Origin: Desulfococcus sp.
Lineage (GTDB): Bacteria; Desulfobacterota; Desulfobacteria; Desulfobacterales; Desulfosalsimonadaceae
NCBI GenBank assembly: GCA_024641805.1
Contig: JAHECJ010000001.1
Location: 1-29,151 of the forward strand
DNA: 29,151 nucleotides
Direction: 5' to 3'
The notes beneath the pieces were generated by a model. That model was not told the DNA's origin. It saw only the letters and a program-made list of their open reading frames with translations, and ran no database searches. Made by a program: the position numbers and the translations under genes. Shown in pieces: positions 1-10,378 of the stretch (its first letter is position 1; every line of letters starts with the position of its first letter).

Positions 1-782
1 AGCCAGACAATGGTCGCCTGTTCCTCTGAAACGGATTCCAGTATGGCTCTGGGGCTGACCCCCTTTAAGATAACTGATTTTGCACCGACCATCAAATTAC
101 CGAACCAGTGCATTTTAGCCCCGGTATGATACAGCGGCGGAATACACAAAAAATTATCCTCATGGACCTGATTATGATGACGGTTTTCAACATAACAGGA
201 AAATTCCAGGTGTCGGTGCTGGAGAAACACCCCCTTGGGGTCGCCGGTGGTTCCGGATGTAAAATAAATGCCGGCGCCATCCAACAGGTCCAGCGTCACG
301 TCCGGTTCGTCTCCGCTGTTTCCGGCCAATGCATCCGGATACCAGATCGCAAATACCGGTTTTTTTTCCGGATTACCGACAAAAAAATAGGTGTGAACCG
401 TTTGGTCGAGTACGGGTTTTGATGCAGTGATCCGATCGATAAACTCTTCGCCAAAAAATACGGCATTGGCTTCGGACAGCTGAATGCAGCGACTGATATC
501 TTCTGACTGGAATCTGAAATTCAAGGGAACTGCAATAGCACCGGCCCTCAAAACCCCGAAATAAACCGGGAGCCATTCAATGCAGTTCATCATTAATATG
601 ACAACCCGGTCTCCTTTTTTAATCCCATGAACGTCCAGGCTGTTTGCCAGTTGGTTGGACTGGTGATAAAATTCCTTCCAGGTGATTGAACTTCGCTTTT
701 CTGTGAGCGGTTCGCGTTCGACCAGGGCCGTTTCATTTCCGTATATTCTTGAATTTCGGGCCAGTATTTCTGTAATCAGCAT
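1..782 (-). CDS. AMP-binding acyl-CoA synthetase / long-chain-fatty-acid-CoA ligase family protein, 5' part only (runs off the left edge)
   Basis: Manual translation from ATG at 782: MLITEILARNSRIYGNETALVERE...GIKKGDRVVILMMNCIEW...YFTSGTTGDPKGV (adenylate-forming P-loop)...PPLYH. No stop before base 1, so it is absent from the ORF track. Confidence 0.9.
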   Translation of the reverse strand, partial: MLITEILARNSRIYGNETALVEREPLTEKRSSITWKEFYHQSNQLANSLDVHGIKKGDRVVILMMNCIEWLPVYFGVLRAGAIAVPLNFRFQSEDISRCIQLSEANAVFFGEEFIDRITASKPVLDQTVHTYFFVGNPEKKPVFAIWYPDALAGNSGDEPDVTLDLLDGAGIYFTSGTTGDPKGVFLQHRHLEFSCYVENRHHNQVHEDNFLCIPPLYHTGAKMHWFGNLMVGAKSVILKGVSPRAILESVSEEQATIVW

Positions 783-984
783 ATTTTACATCCGGATATC
801 TTGGATACACAAACGGGTTTTCAATATTTCGCCCGGTTTTCTCTCAAGCTGGATTTGCTTCCTTAAAAGGTATAACAATCTGAATTTAAAAATAAATTCT
901 TCACGAGAAAGGCGAATTGAACCAAGTTAAATGTAAAGCACCTATCAAATGACTGAAAAAAGTCAATAATATTCAATCACAGAT

Positions 985-1024
985 AAAAAAACCCGGAACG
1001 TGATCTCACGTTCCGGGTTTTTTT
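985..1024. terminator. Bidirectional intrinsic terminator downstream of dnaK
   Basis: Perfect inverted repeat AAAAAAACCCGGAACGTGA-TC-TCACGTTCCGGGTTTTTTT with A and T tracts on both sides, about 40 nt after the dnaK stop. Confidence 0.9.
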
Positions 1025-1064
1025 ATTTATTTCCTAACTCTTTGACAAAATCTATAGATTTTAT

Positions 1065-2990
1065 TTATTTTTTGTCATCCTTCACTTCTTCAAAGTCAGC
1101 ATCAACGATATCTTCATCATCTCCTGCCGCCTGATGTTGTGATGCATCTCCGGCCTCACCAGCGCCGGCTCCCTGGCCCGCCTGTGAAGCCTGCTGGTAG
1201 ATTGCCTCCGCCAGTTTGTGGGATGCCTGAGTCAGCTCTTCACTCAACCGCTTGATTTCATCTGTATTATCACCTTCCATAGCTTTTTTCAGCTGCTTGA
1301 TAATGTCTTCCACCTTGGCCTTGGTCGCACTGTCCACTTTGTCGCCCAGCTCCTTCATGGATTTTTCAGTCGAATAAATTAGTGAATCCGCATTGTTTTT
1401 GGCTTCTACCTTCGCCCGTAACGTTTTATCTTCTTCAGCATGGAGTTCGGCATCTTTTACCAGTTTATCAACTTCGTCCTTTGACAAACCGCTGGAAGCG
1501 GTGATCCGAATGGACTGCTCTTTTTGAGTGGCCAAATCCTTTGCCGACACATGAACAATCCCGTTTGCATCAATGTCAAAGGTGACTTCAATCTGCGGTA
1601 CACCGCGGGGTGCGGGAGGGATATCCGCCAGGTCAAACCGTCCCATGGTTTTATTGTAGGCGGCCATTTCCCGCTCACCCTGAAGCACGTGAATGGATAC
1701 CGCCGGCTGGCTGTCCTGGGCAGTTGAAAAAATCTGACTCTTTCGAGTGGGAATCGTAGTATTTTTTTCAATCAACTTCGTCATCACGCCGCCCAGAGTT
1801 TCAATCCCCAAAGAAAGCGGCGTCACATCCAGCAGCAGAACATCCTTGACATCACCCATCAGGACGCCGCCCTGGATTGCAGCTCCGATCGCCACCACTT
1901 CGTCAGGGTTCACCCCTTTATGCGGTTCTTTGCCGAAAATTTTCTTTACACGATCCTGAACTGCGGGCATCCGGGTCATACCACCGACAAGAATAACCTC
2001 ATCAATTTCCGCCGCGGACAGTCCGGCATCTTTTAACGCCGTCACACAGGGACGTTCAAGATTGTCCAGAAGGTCACTGACAAGCGACTCAAATTTTGCC
2101 CGGGTCAGTTTAATGTTCAAGTGTTTGGGTCCATTGGCGTCAGCAGTGATAAACGGAAGATTCACATCCGTCTGCAAGGCGGTGGACAATTCCATTTTTG
2201 CTTTTTCCGCTCCTTCTTTAAGTCGCTGAAGCGCCATTTTGTCACTCCGGATATCAATCCCGCTTTCCTTTCTGAATTCATTGGCCAGAAAATCAATCAA
2301 ACGCAGGTCAAAGTCATCTCCGCCGAGGTGCGTATCGCCATTGGTTGCTTTTACTTCAAATACACCGTCACCGATTTCAAGAACGGAAACATCAAAAGTT
2401 CCTCCACCGAGGTCGAACACCGCGATTTTTTCATCCGATTTTTTGTCCAGACCATATGCCAGCGATGCGGCAGTCGGCTCATTGATAATCCGCAGAACAT
2501 TCAATCCGGCAATTTTTCCGGCGTCTTTGGTTGCCTGCCGCTGACTGTCATCAAAATACGCAGGCACGGTAATCACCGCATCGGTCACCTTTTCGCCCAG
2601 GTATTCTTCAACGGTATGCTTAATATCCGCCAGAATAAACGATGATATTTCCGCAGGACTGAGCTGTTTTCCCCGTAAATTGATACGGACATCGCCGTTG
2701 CTGGCTTTTTCTATTTTATATGGAAGATTTTTAATATCATTCTGAACCACCGAGGAGTCGAACTTTCTTCCGATCAGCCGCTTGACACCAAAAACCGTAT
2801 TTTCCGGGTTGGTAATGGCCTGGCGTTTCGCCACCTGGCCGACCAACCGCTCGCCGCTTTCAGTGACGGCGACTGTAGAAGGGGTGGTACGGCCGCCTTC
2901 AGGGTTTGTGATAACTTTGGTCTCATTCTGTTCGCGTATCGCGACACATGAGTTTGTTGTGCCGAGATCAATTCCTATGACCTTACCCAT
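1065..2990 (-). CDS. dnaK: Chaperone DnaK (Hsp70)
   Basis: [37 protein letters not shown] and DADFEEV motifs; 641 aa. Confidence 0.99.
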   Translation of the reverse strand: MGKVIGIDLGTTNSCVAIREQNETKVITNPEGGRTTPSTVAVTESGERLVGQVAKRQAITNPENTVFGVKRLIGRKFDSSVVQNDIKNLPYKIEKASNGDVRINLRGKQLSPAEISSFILADIKHTVEEYLGEKVTDAVITVPAYFDDSQRQATKDAGKIAGLNVLRIINEPTAASLAYGLDKKSDEKIAVFDLGGGTFDVSVLEIGDGVFEVKATNGDTHLGGDDFDLRLIDFLANEFRKESGIDIRSDKMALQRLKEGAEKAKMELSTALQTDVNLPFITADANGPKHLNIKLTRAKFESLVSDLLDNLERPCVTALKDAGLSAAEIDEVILVGGMTRMPAVQDRVKKIFGKEPHKGVNPDEVVAIGAAIQGGVLMGDVKDVLLLDVTPLSLGIETLGGVMTKLIEKNTTIPTRKSQIFSTAQDSQPAVSIHVLQGEREMAAYNKTMGRFDLADIPPAPRGVPQIEVTFDIDANGIVHVSAKDLATQKEQSIRITASSGLSKDEVDKLVKDAELHAEEDKTLRAKVEAKNNADSLIYSTEKSMKELGDKVDSATKAKVEDIIKQLKKAMEGDNTDEIKRLSEELTQASHKLAEAIYQQASQAGQGAGAGEAGDASQHQAAGDDEDIVDADFEEVKDDKK

Positions 2991-3031
2991 TTTTGCCTCC
3001 TTGATTATATGATGAATTTTTTTCTTGTATG

Positions 3032-3652
3032 TTATTGTTCGGATTTTCCCTTGGAAACCACAACCATTGCCGGTCTGAGCAATCGATCATGGATCAGATA
3101 TCCTTTTTGGAATTCATTGATGACTGTATTTTCAGGCAGTTCATTAGATGTTTCCTGCATCACGGCTTCATGGAATGCCGGGTCAAACGGCTTTCCCAAA
3201 GCGGTTACAGGCGTCACATTGGATTTGGATAAAATTTTTAATATCTCGTTTAATGTCATTTCAACGCCTTCAATCAAACAAGACTTCATTGAATCGTCAT
3301 TCTTTTCTCCGGACGTAGTCAATGCCCGTTCCAGATTATCCACAACCGCCAAAAGATCCTTAAGCAGAGTTTCATTCGCGTATTTCCGAAAATCGTCCAT
3401 TTGCCGGTTCATTCGTTTTTTATAATTTTCAAATTCCGCCGACAACCGAAGCAAACGGTCATGTTCCTCGGCCGCCTTCTGCGTAACTTCTTCCAACTGC
3501 ATTTTTAACTGCTCCGGACTTTCTTTTTCTTCTGCTTGATTAAGTTCTGATAGAGATTCCTCTTCAACAGCGTCTTGTTCATCTGCTTTAGGGGTCAGGA
3601 ATTCATCCGTTTCAATGATGATGTTCTTTTTGGTATGTGAATTGTCTGCCAA
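3032..3652 (-). CDS. grpE: Nucleotide exchange factor GrpE
   Basis: [22 protein letters not shown] and [18 protein letters not shown] motifs; TTG start with GGAG Shine-Dalgarno; directly upstream of dnaK. Confidence 0.97.
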   Translation of the reverse strand: MADNSHTKKNIIIETDEFLTPKADEQDAVEEESLSELNQAEEKESPEQLKMQLEEVTQKAAEEHDRLLRLSAEFENYKKRMNRQMDDFRKYANETLLKDLLAVVDNLERALTTSGEKNDDSMKSCLIEGVEMTLNEILKILSKSNVTPVTALGKPFDPAFHEAVMQETSNELPENTVINEFQKGYLIHDRLLRPAMVVVSKGKSEQ

Positions 3653-3762
3653 TGTATCACTCCCGAATTCATAAGGATTTTATATCTTTTTTATTTTTTT
3701 TTCAGGATAACCTGCTGTGAATAAAAATAAAAATGTTGGTGTCGTTATAAATTTCATCAAAA

Positions 3763-3790
3763 AAATAAGACGCAAACAGGGAATGTCAAG
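3763..3790 (-). promoter_or_regulatory. Candidate grpE-dnaK promoter (TTGACA-N16-TATTTT)
   Basis: Minus strand reads CTTGACATTCCCTGTTTGCGTCTTATTTT, about 110-140 nt upstream of grpE. Confidence 0.5.
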
Positions 3791-3854
3791 GCAAGTTTTA
3801 GAAGAAAATTACTAAAAAAAACGAGGCGGTTCGATGGGTTAAAAACAAAAAAGT

Positions 3855-4105
3855 CTGGTTGTGAACCCTCCGTCGAATTTTTGCGGAAAATAAATTATAG
3901 CATAACCGGGATCGATCCACGACACAGACTGAGTTACTTATCGCTGCTTCCTTCCGGACCTGACGAGGTTCGTAATCGTCTGTTGCGCGGCGACCGGTCA
4001 GAATAACTTATCTGCCCGCATTCAACCCTTGGGAGGGAATTCTGCCCCGCATAAAGCGGATTTCGGGAAACAAGGTACCGCTGACACCCCGCATATCACA
4101 ACCAG
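3855..4105 (-). ncRNA. ffs: Signal recognition particle RNA, large bacterial type with Alu domain (about 250 nt)
   Basis: Minus strand contains the helix 8 signature CAGGTCCGGAAGGAAGCAGC. The 5' part GCGGGGTGTCAGCGGTACCTTGTTTCCCGAAATCCGCT resembles the Bacillus scRNA Alu domain. Terminal pairing CTGGTTGTGA/TCACAACCAG closes the molecule and a U-rich tract follows. Confidence 0.93.
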
Positions 4106-4112
4106 GGATATG

Positions 4113-4141
4113 GTTATAAACTGGAACTTTCTTCTTTTCAA
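4113..4141 (-). promoter_or_regulatory. Sigma70-type promoter of the SRP RNA (TTGAAA-N17-TATAAC)
   Basis: Near-consensus -35/-10 with a 17-nt spacer; the -10 ends 7 nt before the predicted RNA 5' end. Confidence 0.75.
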
Positions 4142-4247
4142 GAAAGAAAAGTTAAAATTTCAGACTCTTTTTTTGTTGTCACCGCATTAATTTATAATTT
4201 AGGATATTCATCAATAAAATCAACCCGCACTGCTAACTGAAATATTT

Positions 4248-5726
4248 ATGCCCATCAAAGAAAAAAAACCAATTACTCAGCCGTTTATTCTGAAAATCCA
4301 GCGCACCATCCAAGAATGTCACATGATCCGAAAAGGGGACGCTGTACTTATCGGTGTTTCCGGCGGACCGGATTCCATGTCCCTTCTGCATGCTTTGATC
4401 GTTTTATCCGGGTTCATGGGAATTCGACTTGGAGTGGCCCACCTAAATCATTGCCTTCGAGGCATCGAGTCGGATCGGGATGAAAAATTTGTGATATCGG
4501 TAGCCCAAAAACACGGGTTGCCTTTTTTCGTCGAAAAAAAAAATATCTTTCAGGAAAAGGAAAAAACCGGATTATCCATCGAAGAAGCCGGCAGGGAGGC
4601 CCGATATCATTTTTTTAATTCTATTTGCCGCTCCATGCGGTTTGATAAAGTGGCCGTCGCTCATCACCAGGGAGACAATGCCGAGCAGATATTGCTTAAT
4701 CTTCTTCGGGGAAGCGGGCCCTCGGGGATTCGCGGAATACCGCCGGTCCGGGAAAACATTATCCGTCCACTGATTCAAACTTCCCGGGCTGAAATAATCC
4801 ATTTTCTTGAATTACAAAAAATTGACTTTGTCATTGATAAAACCAATGAGGACGACCTGTTTCAGAGAAATAGAATCCGTCATCAACTCATACCGTTACT
4901 GGAAAGCAACTATAATCCAAAAATATCTGAAACACTTATCCGTCTTGGAAACATCCTGCGAACCGAGGAAGAATGGATCAGCAATATCATAACCCCGTTC
5001 TACGACAAGGCTACCTTAACCTCGGACAGACACCGGAGGACGCTTTCCATTTCAGAATTACTGAATTTCCATCCGGCACTCCAGCGACGGATTATCCGTA
5101 AAGCCATTCAGGCAATCAAAGGCAACCTAAGAAAAATTTCCTATTCGCACATTGACGCAATTACAGACATGATTAAAAATATTGCGCCGGATTCCCGCTT
5201 AGATTTGCCGGATCGGATCCGAATTATTAAACAAGACAGTCGGCTGATTGTTCAAAAAGAAACACAAAATTTACGCATCTCGCCAATGTCTGCTGAAAAA
5301 TCCGACCCGGTTTCTTTCAAATACACTGTCTCCCGGTCGGCGGCAGAATCTCAGAAGCTGATACACATCGATGAAATAAAGGCATGGATCTCATTTCGCA
5401 AAACAGAATGCCACCTGATCCCAAATCTTTCCGGACAAGACTCTCAAGTCGCTTTTTTCGACTGGGACCGGTTAGAATTCCCGCTTATTATCAGAAACTT
5501 TCGGGCAGGAGACCGGTTTTCCCCGCTTGGAATGAACGGAACCCAGAAACTGAAGAATTTTTTCATTAACAACAAAATCAAGTCAACTTTGCGCGCTTCA
5601 GTTCCGCTATTTCTAAGCGGCGGGACGATTATCTGGGTGGGAGGCGCCAGAATTTCGGAACTCGCTAAAATTACTCCGGAAACACAAATCGTTCTCAGGA
5701 TAGAAATATCTCCTGAAACCGATTAA
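4248..5726 (+). CDS. tilS: tRNA(Ile)-lysidine synthetase
   Basis: SGGPDS PP-loop, AHLNHCLRG, AREARY, AHHQGD and RNRIRHQLIP motifs plus the C-terminal TilS domain; upstream of ftsH as is usual. Confidence 0.97.
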   Translation: MPIKEKKPITQPFILKIQRTIQECHMIRKGDAVLIGVSGGPDSMSLLHALIVLSGFMGIRLGVAHLNHCLRGIESDRDEKFVISVAQKHGLPFFVEKKNIFQEKEKTGLSIEEAGREARYHFFNSICRSMRFDKVAVAHHQGDNAEQILLNLLRGSGPSGIRGIPPVRENIIRPLIQTSRAEIIHFLELQKIDFVIDKTNEDDLFQRNRIRHQLIPLLESNYNPKISETLIRLGNILRTEEEWISNIITPFYDKATLTSDRHRRTLSISELLNFHPALQRRIIRKAIQAIKGNLRKISYSHIDAITDMIKNIAPDSRLDLPDRIRIIKQDSRLIVQKETQNLRISPMSAEKSDPVSFKYTVSRSAAESQKLIHIDEIKAWISFRKTECHLIPNLSGQDSQVAFFDWDRLEFPLIIRNFRAGDRFSPLGMNGTQKLKNFFINNKIKSTLRASVPLFLSGGTIIWVGGARISELAKITPETQIVLRIEISPETD

Positions 5727-5813
5727 ATAACTGAATAACAAGCATTTTAGATTATTTCAAAAAGATACCCATACAAAAATTCATGCCAGATTTTTTATTG
5801 TTAATTTAAGCGG

Positions 5814-5843
5814 TTGACAATTCCTGTTCCGGTAAAATAAATA
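5814..5843 (+). promoter_or_regulatory. Candidate ftsH promoter (-35 TTGACA, AT-rich -10 region)
   Basis: TTGACAATTCCTGTTCCGGTAAAATAAATA in the tilS-ftsH gap; exact -10 position ambiguous. Confidence 0.45.
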
Positions 5844-5928
5844 ATATAATTTACTATTATAAATTCGTTATTATTATATGCTGATGACTTAACGCATCAG
5901 GGACTAATTTCGTACAGAGGAGACTGTT

Positions 5929-7776
5929 TTGAACCCTTTTAATAAAAACATAGCACTTTGGATTATCATCGTGCTGATGATGATCATGCTGTACAATATT
6001 TTCAACCAGCAACACCCCACCGAAAAAGAAATCGCCTACAGTGATTTTATCTCAATGGTTGAAAGTGCAAAAATCTCAAAAGTCGTTATCCAGGGAGACA
6101 ATCTGCTTATAACCGATCAAACCGGAATTCACTACCGTGTGTATGCGCCCCAGGATAGCGAGATGATCCGTATTCTCCGGAATAAAGGCGTTTCCATTGA
6201 AGCAAAACCGGAGCAGCAAACCCCTTGGTTTATTTCGATTCTGGTGTCCTGGTTTCCGATGGTATTACTGATCGGTGTCTGGATCTTTTTCATGCGGCAG
6301 ATGCAAAGCGGAGGCGGGAAAGCACTTTCTTTCGGGAAAAGCAGCGCACGCATGCTTTCCGACCAGACGGAAAAAGTAACATTTGACGATGTGGCTGGCG
6401 TCGACGAAGCCAAAGAAGAGGTTGCTGAAATCGTCGATTTTTTAAAAGACCCAAAAAAATACACGCGGTTGGGCGGACGAATTCCCAAGGGAGTGCTGAT
6501 GGTCGGTGCTCCTGGGACAGGCAAAACCCTTCTGGCAAGGGCCATCGCCGGAGAAGCAGGTGTCCCGTTCTTTAGCATCAGCGGATCTGATTTTGTTGAA
6601 ATGTTTGTAGGAGTGGGCGCATCCAGAGTCCGGGACCTTTTCGTCCAGGGTAAAAAAAACGCTCCCTGCCTGATTTTTATCGACGAGATTGATGCTGTGG
6701 GAAGACACAGGGGAGCCGGGCTCGGCGGTGGGCATGATGAAAGAGAACAGACGTTAAACCAATTGCTGGTAGAAATGGACGGGTTTGAATCCAACGAAGG
6801 CGTTATTCTGATTGCATCAACTAACCGCCCGGATGTTTTGGACCCCGCACTTCTCAGACCCGGTCGGTTTGACCGCCAGGTGGTCGTCTCCATGCCGGAC
6901 ATCCGTGGAAGAAAAGCCATTATTGAGGTGTATATTAAAAAATCACCCCTGGATCCGGACGTGAACCCGGACGTTCTGGCCAAGGGAACACCGGGCTTTT
7001 CCGGCGCAGACCTTGAAAACATGGTAAATGAGGCGGCCTTAATCGCTGCCAAAAAAGGAAAAGAACGTTTATCCATGGTCGATTTTGAAGATGCCAAAGA
7101 TAAGATTGTTATGGGCCTCGAACGCAAATCAAAAGTCATTAAGGACGAAGACAAAAAAAACACCGCCTATCATGAGGGCGGCCATGCCATCGTGGCCCGG
7201 TTTTTGCCGGAAACCGACCCCATTAACAAAATCACCATTATCCCCCGCGGACGGGCTGCCGGCGTGACCTGGTTCCTGCCGGAAGAAAAAGATTTTCAAT
7301 ACAAAGACCAGCTTTTAAGTGAAGTGGCGGTTGCCATGGGCGGACGGGTGGCCGAAGAACTGGTTTTCAACCGTATCAGCACAGGCGCATCAAATGATAT
7401 TAAGCAGGCCACCAATCTGGCGAGCTACATGGTCCGGGCGTGGGGAATGAGCGAAGAACTGGGGCCACTTTCATTTGCCAAGCAGGATGAACAGATATTT
7501 CTGGGAAGAGAAATCGCGCAGCATCGCGATTATTCAGAAGCAACCGCGCAGAAAATTGATAATGAAATTTCCACCATGGTGAAAGGCAGTTACAACAAAG
7601 CCCGGGAAATATTAGAAAAAAATATGGATATTCTTCATAGACTCGCGGCACTGCTGATCGAAAAAGAGACTGTTCTAGGAAAAGAACTCGATGAACTGAT
7701 ATATGAATTGCGCCCCGGTATCACCATACCGGGATCGGCATTATCAGCCAATTCTCATTCCGGGATCATGGATTAA
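5929..7776 (+). CDS. ftsH: ATP-dependent zinc metalloprotease FtsH
   Basis: Two N-terminal TM segments, Walker A GAPGTGKT, Walker [35 protein letters not shown] zinc motif; TTG start with GAGGAG SD. Confidence 0.98.
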   Translation: MNPFNKNIALWIIIVLMMIMLYNIFNQQHPTEKEIAYSDFISMVESAKISKVVIQGDNLLITDQTGIHYRVYAPQDSEMIRILRNKGVSIEAKPEQQTPWFISILVSWFPMVLLIGVWIFFMRQMQSGGGKALSFGKSSARMLSDQTEKVTFDDVAGVDEAKEEVAEIVDFLKDPKKYTRLGGRIPKGVLMVGAPGTGKTLLARAIAGEAGVPFFSISGSDFVEMFVGVGASRVRDLFVQGKKNAPCLIFIDEIDAVGRHRGAGLGGGHDEREQTLNQLLVEMDGFESNEGVILIASTNRPDVLDPALLRPGRFDRQVVVSMPDIRGRKAIIEVYIKKSPLDPDVNPDVLAKGTPGFSGADLENMVNEAALIAAKKGKERLSMVDFEDAKDKIVMGLERKSKVIKDEDKKNTAYHEGGHAIVARFLPETDPINKITIIPRGRAAGVTWFLPEEKDFQYKDQLLSEVAVAMGGRVAEELVFNRISTGASNDIKQATNLASYMVRAWGMSEELGPLSFAKQDEQIFLGREIAQHRDYSEATAQKIDNEISTMVKGSYNKAREILEKNMDILHRLAALLIEKETVLGKELDELIYELRPGITIPGSALSANSHSGIMD

Positions 7777-7785
7777 AACAGCTTC

Positions 7786-8676
7786 ATGGACGAGATCCGA
7801 CTGCCGACTAAAAAATATTCCCTGGTTTGGGGCAACCACCGCATGGAACTGGGGGAGCGCACCCGGATCATGGGAATACTGAACATTACCCCGGACTCGT
7901 TTTCAGACGGCGGCAAGTTCCTTGCGCTGGACGCTGCTCTGGCACAGGCTGAAAAAATGGTTCTCGATGGGGCGGATATCCTTGATATTGGTGGTGAATC
8001 CAGCCGGCCCTTTTCCGAGCCCGTTTCCGCTGAAGAAGAAACCCGGCGGGTACTCCCGGTGATTGAATATCTGGCAAAAAAAATTTCCATACCCATTTCC
8101 ATTGATACCGCCAAATCTGTTGTCGCCCGGCGGGCCATCTCGGCAGGAGCATCCATTATTAATGACATCAGCGCATTAAAATTTGACGCCGACATGGCTG
8201 AAGTTGCTGGACAAAACGATGTACTGCTCATTCTGATGCATATGAAAGGCAATCCGTTGGATATGCAGAAGTCTCCCTTCTATTATGACCTCATGGGGGA
8301 AATTAAAGATTTTCTGAATCAGGCCATCCTCCGGGCTGAACGTTCGGGTGTATCAAAGAGTAAAATTATTATTGATCCGGGCATCGGGTTTGGGAAAACA
8401 GTTGAGCACAATCTTTTTTTAATTAATCATTTAAATGAATTTCAGGATTTGGACGTTCCGGTTCTCCTCGGAACGTCCCGAAAAGCTTTTATACGCAAAA
8501 TTCTTACCCAAAACGATCAGGCTGAACTTCGACCGGACCACCCGGTGATCGAAACCGGCACCCAGGCATCCGTAGCTGCCGGAATCTACAACGGCGCACA
8601 TATTGTTCGGGTGCATAATGTTCCCAACACCTGTGCGACTGTTAAACTCGTTGATGCTATTCGAAACTCCTATTAA
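7786..8676 (+). CDS. folP: Dihydropteroate synthase
   Basis: MGILNITPDSFSDGG, DIGGESSRP, IDPGIGFGK, SRKAF and RVHNV motifs; follows ftsH. Confidence 0.97.
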   Translation: MDEIRLPTKKYSLVWGNHRMELGERTRIMGILNITPDSFSDGGKFLALDAALAQAEKMVLDGADILDIGGESSRPFSEPVSAEEETRRVLPVIEYLAKKISIPISIDTAKSVVARRAISAGASIINDISALKFDADMAEVAGQNDVLLILMHMKGNPLDMQKSPFYYDLMGEIKDFLNQAILRAERSGVSKSKIIIDPGIGFGKTVEHNLFLINHLNEFQDLDVPVLLGTSRKAFIRKILTQNDQAELRPDHPVIETGTQASVAAGIYNGAHIVRVHNVPNTCATVKLVDAIRNSY

Positions 8677-8703
8677 ACACATACAAACGTCAGGTGAACA
8701 ACT

Positions 8704-9474
8704 ATGCTCCTGGTAGTAGATGTCGGCAACACCAATACGGTTCTCGGGATATTTGATGATGATCAGCTGATTTGCAACTGGCGGATCCGCTCAGCATCCC
8801 GAATTACGGAAGACGAATTTAACATTGTTATTTCAAACCTGTTTCAAAGCAAAAATATAAAACCGTCGGACATCCGCAAAACCATTATCTCCTGTGTGGT
8901 CCCTCCGATGATGAGGATTCTTGATGAATATTGCCGGAAATATCTGGGGCATGCCCCCGCCTGGATTGACGCCAAGTCCGTTCAAATGCCGATTCGATAT
9001 GACAATCCGGAAGAGGTCGGCGCAGACAGGCTGGTAAACGGCATCGCAGCTTATCATATATATCGGACGAGCCTGATTGTCATTGATTTCGGCACCGCTA
9101 CAACATTTGACGTCATCTCGGCCAAAGGGGAATATCTGGGAGGCGCCATTGCGCCGGGCATTGGCATTGCCGCAGAAGCTTTGTTTAAACACGCATCCAA
9201 GCTACCCCGGGTGGAGCTGTTCAATCCGCCGAAAACCGTCATTGGCAAAAATACCGTTCACAGCATGAAATCCGGAATTATCTATGGATATTCGGAAATG
9301 GTGGATGGGATGGTTCGCCGTATCAAACAGGAACTTCCGTAGGAACCTGAGCCAAAAGTGATTGCGACAGGAGGATTGGCGCCATTAATGCAGAATATTT
9401 CAAATACCATTGAATCCGTGGAAATGGGATTAACGCTGGAAGGGTTGAAAATTATCAGTAAACAGATGAAGTGA
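8704..9474 (+). CDS. coaX: Type III pantothenate kinase, interrupted by an in-frame TAG at 9340-9342 (codon 213); 256 aa if read through
   Basis: DVGNTNT, GADRL and DFGTATT motifs before the TAG. After it the same frame reads EPEPKVIATGGLAPLMQNISNTIESVEMGLTLEGLKIISKQMK-TGA, the conserved CoaX C-terminus. Confidence 0.92.
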
Positions 9475-9496
9475 ATAACCGCCAGACAATTACATT

Positions 9497-9655
9497 TCAA
9501 GCCATATCCATTGTGGATTCAAGCTGTCGTATTTGCGTTTGGATCAATTCTTTTTCTGATTCAGACAGAGTTTCCTTCTTTAATCGCATCTGCAATGACA
9601 GCAGGATCATCTCCTGCCTGTATTCGTTGCATGTATACTTGTTCTGTTCACTCAT
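9497..9655 (-). CDS. Small hypothetical protein, 52 aa (MSEQNKYTCNEYRQEMILLSLQMRLKKETLSESEKELIQTQIRQLESTMDMA)
   Basis: ATG 9 nt after the upstream stop on the same strand; helical, charged, protein-like composition; below the ORF-track length cut-off. Confidence 0.7.
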   Translation of the reverse strand: MSEQNKYTCNEYRQEMILLSLQMRLKKETLSESEKELIQTQIRQLESTMDMA

Positions 9656-9664
9656 CTTTCAAAT

Positions 9665-10333
9665 TTACATCAAGCCCTGTTTCTTTGCGCTGTCTTTGAA
9701 AACGGCGTAAAACAGTTCATATTCGTTGATACCGCGGGTGAGAATTCTATCGATACTGCCGATATCTTTTAGATTAATTGTTATATTAACACTCTTTAAA
9801 AATGCCGCCATGTTATCCATTGTCTGAAATCGTTGGGTCAGCAGCCCCACAAAAATATTACGGCGCACATCCATGCTTAAACGTTCAATATACACCAGAA
9901 GTCCATTTGCATCCGGTTCACTGCCGTCAAACGTTTCATTGATCAACATCATATTGTAAGTATGATATTTCATTTTTTTCAGCGCATCCCGAACGGATTC
10001 GGCTGTTGTGATACTATAATCCATTATCCCCAGCACAATGTTGATCTGTTTGAGTATTTCCGGATCATTCTCACAGACCAGCGCCGTATTTCCTTCTTCT
10101 TCTAGAAAATCAAAGGGTCTTTCGCTGGCATCATAATCATCCGTCCCCTCGTCAAAGTTAAACTGATTCGGAACGGCGGTTTCTGCAGCCGTGTCTTTTT
10201 TGTTCTGATTCCGTAAATCAATGGATATTTTGTTTTGACATTTCGGGCACCGCATGGAAGCAGCTTTCCCTTGCGGAAGCTTATCGTCGGCAACGCTTAA
10301 TTTACTGTTGCAGCTACTGCAAATAATTTCCAT
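9665..10333 (-). CDS. Zinc-ribbon (MJ0042-like CxxC...CxxC) protein with a degenerate receiver-like C-terminal domain
   Basis: MEIICSSCNSK...RCPKCQ N-terminus; ALVCEND...YNMMLINE segment resembles a receiver fold without clear phospho-acceptor motifs; directly downstream of the PilT-family pair. Confidence 0.75.
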   Translation of the reverse strand: MEIICSSCNSKLSVADDKLPQGKAASMRCPKCQNKISIDLRNQNKKDTAAETAVPNQFNFDEGTDDYDASERPFDFLEEEGNTALVCENDPEILKQINIVLGIMDYSITTAESVRDALKKMKYHTYNMMLINETFDGSEPDANGLLVYIERLSMDVRRNIFVGLLTQRFQTMDNMAAFLKSVNITINLKDIGSIDRILTRGINEYELFYAVFKDSAKKQGLM

Positions 10334-10378
10334 TTGTTAACCTCAATATGCATTTGGTTTGAATAAAAGCCTGCCGGA

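Noticed and set aside
991-1017. GGAACGTGA/TCACGTTCC arms in the dnaK terminator resemble parS half-sites
   Set aside because: Half-site order and spacing do not match the 16-bp parS palindrome; flanking A/T tracts explain it as a terminator.
1681-1696. CACGTGAA core inside dnaK as a third parS
   Set aside because: Only about 10 of 16 positions match.
3653-3850. CIRCE (HrcA operator) upstream of grpE
   Set aside because: No TTAGCACTC-N9-GAGTGCTAA-like inverted repeat is present.
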